IMG/VR virus record: IMGVR_UViG_3300027801_002518
Location: 1-52,188 of that record
Origin: a virus
Taxonomy: Duplodnaviria > Caudoviricetes
DNA length: 52,188 nucleotides
Direction: 5' to 3' (one strand)
Both the position numbers and the translations under genes were made by a program. The number at the start of each line of letters is the position of its first letter. The first letter of the stretch is position 1. Of this stretch, positions 46,346 through 52,188 are shown piece by piece. The notes beneath the pieces were generated by a model. It ran no database searches, was not told the origin of the DNA, and was given only the letters and a program-made list of their open reading frames with translations.

Positions 46346-47523
46346 TTTATATAATTACACATCACATTCGTAAAGGAAGTTATGTTGCTTGGTATAATTT
46401 AATAAATTTCAAATCCAACTCAGATGTTACATATTGGGAATCTTCCGATAAAAACGATATAGAAACTGCCAACTTAAATTCAAAGGAGCCCCCATATCAA
46501 GATGCATTAGAACAACATATTAAAGAAATAAATCCAAAACCAACAGATGTTGTTATGTTCGATATAAATTATCTAGAGTTGAACGTTCCTGGATTGACCA
46601 ATTCCTATCTTACTACTCTTGGTGAACGATATGGAATAAAACTAGTAGCCGTAGATGATGATAACTTTAAAAACTATGCCGATTCTAATAATTATACTTT
46701 TTTTTCAAATCGATTCGAAGTAAATAATAATAATTCTGTTAGAGACAATTTTAATTATTATAGATATCGTGCTACTAAAGAATCATACTTTGATAGTATA
46801 CCAGAAATCGTCAGACCATTTGCAAATAATATCCGAGAGAAGAAAATGAATATGATAATCGGTGTAGATAAAGAAGAACGTTTTGAAATATTTAAATATA
46901 CTCATAATATTGGATTAGATAAAGGCTCGTATTTAGCATATAGTGCATTTTGTTCAACATATGATGACTCAATATTGAGTGATCCTTTGAAAAAATGGAA
47001 AAAAGAAAACATACCTACTATATTAGATACTCCAATTGAAGCCTCTATGACAGGCACCGTAAACCCACAAATACCACCCTTTCCATATTGTCTGAATAGT
47101 TATGTTAGTTGTATTTTGGAAACATCTATACGTGGCAGTTCTGAAATGCATTTAAATTTAGAAGGAATCGAAACATATAGCCAATCAGAAATTCATTTAA
47201 GTGAAAAATCTTGGAATCCATTTATATCACACAATATACCATTAATACTTGGAAATTCTGGAATAAATGCATATCTTATAGACTTAGGATTTTGGATGGC
47301 AACTGATTTATTTGAACTATCAACAAAATACACACCAGAGGGAATCGTACAACAATACAAATCTAATTTAGATATTATAAATAAAATCAGTAAAGATGAA
47401 TTACGAGAATATTATATGTTAAATTATCGTAACATTGAACGAAATTACGACATAATGAAATCTCAGAAATTTTTTTATAATAAATTAAATTATAAACAAC
47501 CAAAACAAATAAGTTTAATTTAA
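46342..47523 (+). CDS. putative glycosyltransferase-like protein (GT10/GT-B-like C-terminal domain)
   Basis: SYVSCILET...LSEKSWNPF...PLILGNSG...L.DLGF, RNIERNY; ends ...ISLI. Confidence 0.55.
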   Translation: MIYIITHHIRKGSYVAWYNLINFKSNSDVTYWESSDKNDIETANLNSKEPPYQDALEQHIKEINPKPTDVVMFDINYLELNVPGLTNSYLTTLGERYGIKLVAVDDDNFKNYADSNNYTFFSNRFEVNNNNSVRDNFNYYRYRATKESYFDSIPEIVRPFANNIREKKMNMIIGVDKEERFEIFKYTHNIGLDKGSYLAYSAFCSTYDDSILSDPLKKWKKENIPTILDTPIEASMTGTVNPQIPPFPYCLNSYVSCILETSIRGSSEMHLNLEGIETYSQSEIHLSEKSWNPFISHNIPLILGNSGINAYLIDLGFWMATDLFELSTKYTPEGIVQQYKSNLDIINKISKDELREYYMLNYRNIERNYDIMKSQKFFYNKLNYKQPKQISLI

Positions 47524-47549
47524 AATTAAAATCAAAAATTAAAAAGTTT

Positions 47550-50500
47550 ATGATAATAAATAAAGTTTATCATTTGGCAGATTTACACATCCGTAATCTC
47601 CAAAGGCACAAAGAGTACAGATTAATATTCAAGAAATTTTTAAAACAAGTAGTAAAAGATGATATCCAAGATTCGGTTATTTATCTTGCGGGCGATATTG
47701 CTCACGCTAAAACGGAAATGAGTCCAGAATTACTTCAGGAAATATCTTGGTTCTTTACGGAGTGTGCAAAATTACGTGAAACTATTATTATAACAGGTAA
47801 TCACGATTGTAACTTAAACAACAATCATAGGTTAGATGTACTAACTCCAATAATAGAAAACTTAAAGAATCCTCGTTTACATTATTTACGAGATACTGGT
47901 GTATATAATATTCATAATCTTACCTTTGTAGTATATTCTATATTGGATAAGAAAGAGAATTGGCCAAGTGGAAATGATATTGAAGGTGAGAATACAATCT
48001 GTCTTTTTCATGGACCGGTAAATAAAGCACAAACTGATATTGGTTATATTGTTTCTTCTAATTCATTTCAAGTAGAAATGTTTGATGGATTTGATATAGC
48101 GATGTTAGGTGATATTCACAAAAGACAAACGTTTGGTAAAGGATACGAACACATTGCATATGCAGGTTCTATGGTTCAACAAAATCATGGAGAGATGTTG
48201 GAGAATCATGGTTATCTTCTATGGGATGTTCCTACAAGAACGTTTACCGAACATCATATACATAATGATTATGGATTCCTTACAGTTGATGTAGTGGATG
48301 GGCAGATACCACAATGGGTGTATGATGAAGTGGGTACTAAACTTCCAAAGAATCCAAGGTTACGATTACGTTTTACAAATACAGAAGCTTCTACAATGAA
48401 ACTTCGTATTACAGAATTAAAGAAAATATTTAAAGTTGCAGAAGTAACAGTTACACGAACTGATACAATGGGACAACTTAAACAAAATAGTAAACTAAAT
48501 AAAAACATAGTTGGTAATGTTAAGGATGAAACATTCCAAAACCAATTAATACGTGAATATTTAGAAAGACAGTATTTGTTAGATGATGATGAGTTAAATC
48601 AGATAACCGACATCAATAAGGAAATGAACGGTTTGATTGATGATTCAAAGATAGCAGAGAATATCTTATGGACACCAAAGGATTTCCAATTTTCTAATAT
48701 GTTTTCATATGGAGAAGATAACTTAATTCGTTTTGATAAAGCACAAGGTATCGTTGGTATATTTGCACCAAATGCAGCTGGTAAATCATCTTTGTTCGAT
48801 GCATTATCTTTTTGTGTATTTGATAAAACATCTCGTACAAACATATCAAAGAACATAATGAACAATCGCAAGCAAAACTTCTATTGTAAATTTAACTTTG
48901 AGATAGATGGTGTTGATTACTTTATTGAACGAACTGCAAAGTATGTTAGGAAAGCAACATCGGTTAAAGTTGATGTAAACTTTTGGAAAGAAGATGGAGG
49001 TATTCCACAGTCTTTAAACGGAGAACAACGAAAAGACACGAATAAAGAGATAGAAAAGTATTTAGGTAAGTTTGAGGATTTTGTTTTAACTACACTTTCA
49101 CTTCAAGGTAATAATGCATTATTTATTGATAAATCACAAAGTGAACGTAAGGAAGTGTTATCACAGTTTATTGGTGTAGATATTTTTGATAAATTATATC
49201 AACAGGCAAGCGATGAAAATAGAGATAATGCTTCATTAATTAGAAAATTCAAACAAGATGATTTCACTCAGAAATTAGCGGATATCGTAGTTGAATTAAA
49301 AGAAAAAAAATCAGAATACAAACTTTTAGATATTCAACAAGATTCTGCCAAGGTAGAAGAAGAAAAACTTAACAAAGAAATAATCAAATTAAATGAGAAA
49401 ATTGTTAAGTTAAATGCAGATAGTGGTGTTTCTATTGAAGAGTTAGAAAAACGAAGAAAACTACTTTCTAAAAAACAAGATGAGCTAAAAGAATCTAAAA
49501 ATTCAATTCAAGAGAGGATTACACATAGAGAAGAGACACAGATTACTCTTGATGAAATTCTTGACAAGTTCGATGAAGAAGATTTAGAAGAGGGTATTAC
49601 TAAATTAAAGGAAAAACGGAGTTCTCAACAAACCTTGGAGTCTGATATTGAAAAGATTAAGATTAAGTTGGATTCTTTATATGAACGGAAGGAACATTTA
49701 GATTCTCACAAGTATGATGAAGAGTGTGATGTTTGTATGGAGAACTCCCAAACTATTCGAGAACAGAAAGCAAAGGTAGATTCTAAGATAAAAGATGGTG
49801 AATCTCACTTACATGATTTTAATCAACAACACCTTGAAATAACATTATCAATTGATTCGTTAGTTCCATATGAAAAAGAATGGACTAATTTTCAAGAAGC
49901 AAAATCCAAAGAAGATAAAATTGATAGAGAAATATCAGGACTTATTAACAAGTTATCAACAACGGAAACTGAAGAATATCGTAATTCTACTCAATTAGTA
50001 CAACAAGAGCAACTTATTGAAGAGTATTATAAGAATGAAACTCAAATTAATAAGAATAGAGAAATCCGAAATGAGATTGTAGATGTTAGACATGGTTGGG
50101 AAAAAATCAAACAACAGATTAGAAACTCCAATTCAGAAATTCTTTCCTTAAATGGTAAAATATCAGCATTACAGAACCAAAAGGAAACAATTGAAGATAG
50201 AGTATCCGAGGTTAAAGATTTGGAATCTCAATCTAAATTATTTGATTATTATTTAAATGCTCTTGGTAGAGATGGAGTTTCATATGAACTCATTGAGAAA
50301 GCACTTCCAATGATTGAAGGTGAAGTAAACAATATATTAGGTCAAATAGTTGATTTCGGAATGCAATTAGAAATTGATGGCAGGAACATTAATGCATATC
50401 TAGTATATGGAGACCAGAGATGGAGTTTAGAAATGTGTAGTGGAATGGAAAGATTCATTAGTGGATTGGCAATTCGAGTTGCACTTATAAATGTATGTAA

Positions 50501-50708
50501 CCTTCCAAGACCTAATTTCCTCGTTATAGATGAAGGATTTGGTACATTGGATAGTGAGAACTTACAATCCCTTTTTATGTTGTTCACCTACCTTAAAACT
50601 CAATTTGATTTCGTAATGATTATCTCACACATAGATTCTATGAGAGATGTGGTAGATGACTTGATTACTATTAAAAAAGAAGAAGGATTCTCTAACGTAA
50701 GATATTAA
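47550..50708 (+). CDS. fused Mre11/SbcD nuclease - Rad50/SbcC ATPase (gp47-gp46 fusion)
   Basis: ADLH, GD, GNHD, LGDIH, YAGS; Walker A APNAAGKSS, Q-loop, coiled coil with CDVC hook, CSGMERF, IDEGFGTLD, ISH. Confidence 0.93.
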   Translation: MIINKVYHLADLHIRNLQRHKEYRLIFKKFLKQVVKDDIQDSVIYLAGDIAHAKTEMSPELLQEISWFFTECAKLRETIIITGNHDCNLNNNHRLDVLTPIIENLKNPRLHYLRDTGVYNIHNLTFVVYSILDKKENWPSGNDIEGENTICLFHGPVNKAQTDIGYIVSSNSFQVEMFDGFDIAMLGDIHKRQTFGKGYEHIAYAGSMVQQNHGEMLENHGYLLWDVPTRTFTEHHIHNDYGFLTVDVVDGQIPQWVYDEVGTKLPKNPRLRLRFTNTEASTMKLRITELKKIFKVAEVTVTRTDTMGQLKQNSKLNKNIVGNVKDETFQNQLIREYLERQYLLDDDELNQITDINKEMNGLIDDSKIAENILWTPKDFQFSNMFSYGEDNLIRFDKAQGIVGIFAPNAAGKSSLFDALSFCVFDKTSRTNISKNIMNNRKQNFYCKFNFEIDGVDYFIERTAKYVRKATSVKVDVNFWKEDGGIPQSLNGEQRKDTNKEIEKYLGKFEDFVLTTLSLQGNNALFIDKSQSERKEVLSQFIGVDIFDKLYQQASDENRDNASLIRKFKQDDFTQKLADIVVELKEKKSEYKLLDIQQDSAKVEEEKLNKEIIKLNEKIVKLNADSGVSIEELEKRRKLLSKKQDELKESKNSIQERITHREETQITLDEILDKFDEEDLEEGITKLKEKRSSQQTLESDIEKIKIKLDSLYERKEHLDSHKYDEECDVCMENSQTIREQKAKVDSKIKDGESHLHDFNQQHLEITLSIDSLVPYEKEWTNFQEAKSKEDKIDREISGLINKLSTTETEEYRNSTQLVQQEQLIEEYYKNETQINKNREIRNEIVDVRHGWEKIKQQIRNSNSEILSLNGKISALQNQKETIEDRVSEVKDLESQSKLFDYYLNALGRDGVSYELIEKALPMIEGEVNNILGQIVDFGMQLEIDGRNINAYLVYGDQRWSLEMCSGMERFISGLAIRVALINVCNLPRPNFLVIDEGFGTLDSENLQSLFMLFTYLKTQFDFVMIISHIDSMRDVVDDLITIKKEEGFSNVRY

Positions 50709-50709
50709 T

Positions 50710-51156
50710 ATGATAGTTGATTTAAATACGTTTGCAGATTCAAGAGGTTCTTTAACTTGTATATCTACTAAAAAGTGGGAACAAGTAAATATAAGTGTAA
50801 ATAGTAAAAAGTTTACATTTAGAGGAATGCATTATCAAGAATATCCAAAACAAGAAAAACAAATTATAGTTACTAAAGGAACGATAATAGATTTTATTTA
50901 CAATTTAAAAACTAAAACTTTAGAAGCGTATTGTTTAGGTGAGGGAGAAAGTGTTTATGTAAACAAAGATTCTGCACATGGGTTTTTAACATTGGATGAT
51001 AATACAACAGTTACTTATTTAGTAAAAGGTAAATACAATCCATCAAGAGAAAAGTCCATTATATGGAAAGATATTCCTCATTTAAAGACAATAGTTCTTG
51101 GTACTTGTAATGAAGATGATATTATAATATCTGAAAAGGATAACGAAGGTAAGTAA
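50710..51156 (+). CDS. rmlC: dTDP-4-dehydrorhamnose 3,5-epimerase-like cupin
   Basis: DSRG, RGMHYQ, AHGFLTL, Y.V...YNP..E..I.W.D, ISEKD. Confidence 0.85.
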   Translation: MIVDLNTFADSRGSLTCISTKKWEQVNISVNSKKFTFRGMHYQEYPKQEKQIIVTKGTIIDFIYNLKTKTLEAYCLGEGESVYVNKDSAHGFLTLDDNTTVTYLVKGKYNPSREKSIIWKDIPHLKTIVLGTCNEDDIIISEKDNEGK

Positions 51157-51327
51157 TTACTTTGTTACTCTTAGTACATTCGATGGTTTAGGTTGTTTAG
51201 GCTGACTTATTTTTTGTTTTACCAATCTCTCAATTAACCCACTTTTACTATATCCATTCTCTGCACAGTAATCATTCAATTCCTTGTATAACTCTCTTTT
51301 TATTTGTATTGTAGTATATTTTCCCAT
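51157..51327 (-). CDS. ribbon-helix-helix DNA-binding protein (56 aa)
   Basis: MGKYTTIQIKRELYKELNDYCAENGYSKSGLIERLV: alternating beta strand followed by helix-G-x-S-helix. Confidence 0.75.
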   Translation of the reverse strand: MGKYTTIQIKRELYKELNDYCAENGYSKSGLIERLVKQKISQPKQPKPSNVLRVTK

Positions 51328-51375
51328 TATATATAGATTTCTATATAATATATATAACAAAATCTTTTTTTTAAA

Positions 51376-51383
51376 TATTTATA
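51376..51383 (+). promoter_or_regulatory. putative phage late promoter TATTTATA
   Basis: Upstream of 51402. Confidence 0.6.
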
Positions 51384-51401
51384 TAGGAAAGATGTATTCC
51401 C

Positions 51402-52188
51402 ATGGCAATAATTAAATCATATTCTCCTTTTTTAAACTTATCAAATTTTCAAGTATTTGAAAATGACGATTTGCCTAATTCCGAATACTTCAGAATTACA
51501 GAACTAAGTGAAACACTAACTGGTGGTAAGAATGGATTTCTTATAGAGGGTTCTGAACACTTAAGAGAATCTACTGAAATAAAAATAGAAATTTTAGATG
51601 TAGAGGGTAATCCTGTATATTTTGAACCAGGAGATGGTAATCCTGAATATTATGAAGGTAATTCTAAATTAGTATCGGTTCATGTATATGATGATACTGC
51701 AATTGGAATAGGTAAAATTACGATTCTTGGAGAATTAAAAACTCATGTTGCAGATCTTAATCAAATTAAAGATATACCTAAAGAATGGAAAGGTGTTTAC
51801 AATGTTAAATGGGAAAGAACAATACAGATAAATAAAAATATATCTAATGAAACTATCGTTAGATTTTATAAAAAACCCTCTGTTACAATAGAGGAACTTG
51901 TAAAGCCGATATTTACAAAAAACATACCAAGTGTAACACAAACAGGTACTTTGTTTGGAATTTCTCAAAGTCCACCAAGTCAATCTGACATAACAAAATG
52001 GAGAGCAGGAACAAATTATAAACTAAAAATATCAGATGGTATTAGTAATTGGACATCTTCAGTAGATGATAATATAATATCAGTTCCTTCATTAAACTAT
52101 TCTGCAAACGTAATTGAGGTATTAAGTGATACCGAAGTTATGGTAGATACTCCATATACATCAAGTGGTGATTTAGTTAATGATTTCG
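51402..52188 (+). CDS. partial large virion structural protein (runs off the window)
   Basis: MAIIKSYSPFLNLSNFQVFENDDLPNSEYFRITELSETLTGGKNGFLIEGS...; open to the end of the window and absent from the ORF track. Confidence 0.75.
   Translation, partial: MAIIKSYSPFLNLSNFQVFENDDLPNSEYFRITELSETLTGGKNGFLIEGSEHLRESTEIKIEILDVEGNPVYFEPGDGNPEYYEGNSKLVSVHVYDDTAIGIGKITILGELKTHVADLNQIKDIPKEWKGVYNVKWERTIQINKNISNETIVRFYKKPSVTIEELVKPIFTKNIPSVTQTGTLFGISQSPPSQSDITKWRAGTNYKLKISDGISNWTSSVDDNIISVPSLNYSANVIEVLSDTEVMVDTPYTSSGDLVNDF

Noticed and set aside
98-51983. Many minus-strand and alternate-frame ORFs in the supplied track (e.g. 584-826, 12055-12465, 32089-32547, 35958-36353, 37634-37888, 51735-51983)
   Set aside because: They are shadows of well-supported + strand genes, with no motifs or RBS; only 51157-51327 (RHH) occupies its own space
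1-52188. Stop-codon reassignment, as in some large Bacteroidota phages
   Set aside because: Conserved enzymes are full length in code 11, and TAG and TGA both end genes at the expected positions (guaC TAG, uvsE TGA)
1-52188. CRISPR array, integrase or IS element
   Set aside because: No regularly spaced direct repeats and no transposase or recombinase motifs seen
1-52188. Bacterial chromosome or giant-virus (NCLDV) origin
   Set aside because: The gp25/gp6/gp5-like baseplate operon, gp55-like sigma factor, bacterial promoters and terminators, and single-strand dense packing indicate a tailed phage

Overview
AT-rich, gene-dense 52-kb segment of a large T4-like (contractile-tail) bacteriophage. 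The host is probably Bacteroidota/Flavobacteriia, because seven host-type promoters match the Bacteroidetes TTTG / TAnnTTTG consensus. Almost every gene is on the + strand in standard code 11. The left half (1-25 kb) holds metabolic and host-takeover genes: guaC, tRNA-Thr(UGU), dCMP deaminase, phoH, 5'-nucleotidase, Hsp20, UvsE, SF2 helicase, thyA, metK, cytidylyltransferase, peptide deformylase, a lysozyme-like protein, a gp55-like late sigma factor and a NodU-family carbamoyltransferase. The region 25.8-43.8 kb is a baseplate/tail module (gp5-, gp25-, gp6- and gp7-like proteins, collar-like proteins). The right end has a sulfotransferase, a GIY-YIG nuclease, primase, a natural Mre11-Rad50 fusion and an RmlC-like cupin. 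The best candidate for an undescribed system is 4.5-9.9 kb. There a 785-aa protein combines a circularly permuted ATP-grasp-like domain with THREE tandem Hint (intein-like) domains separated only by Ala-Pro and Arg-Ala-Cys linkers. It is followed by a 49-aa ORF and a tailoring cassette (DxD transferase-like protein, two 2OG-Fe(II) oxygenases, sulfotransferase, GNAT). Several of these unrelated proteins share a C-terminal [S/T]-[L/V]-I tag. All calls come from motif recognition by eye; no database searches were run.
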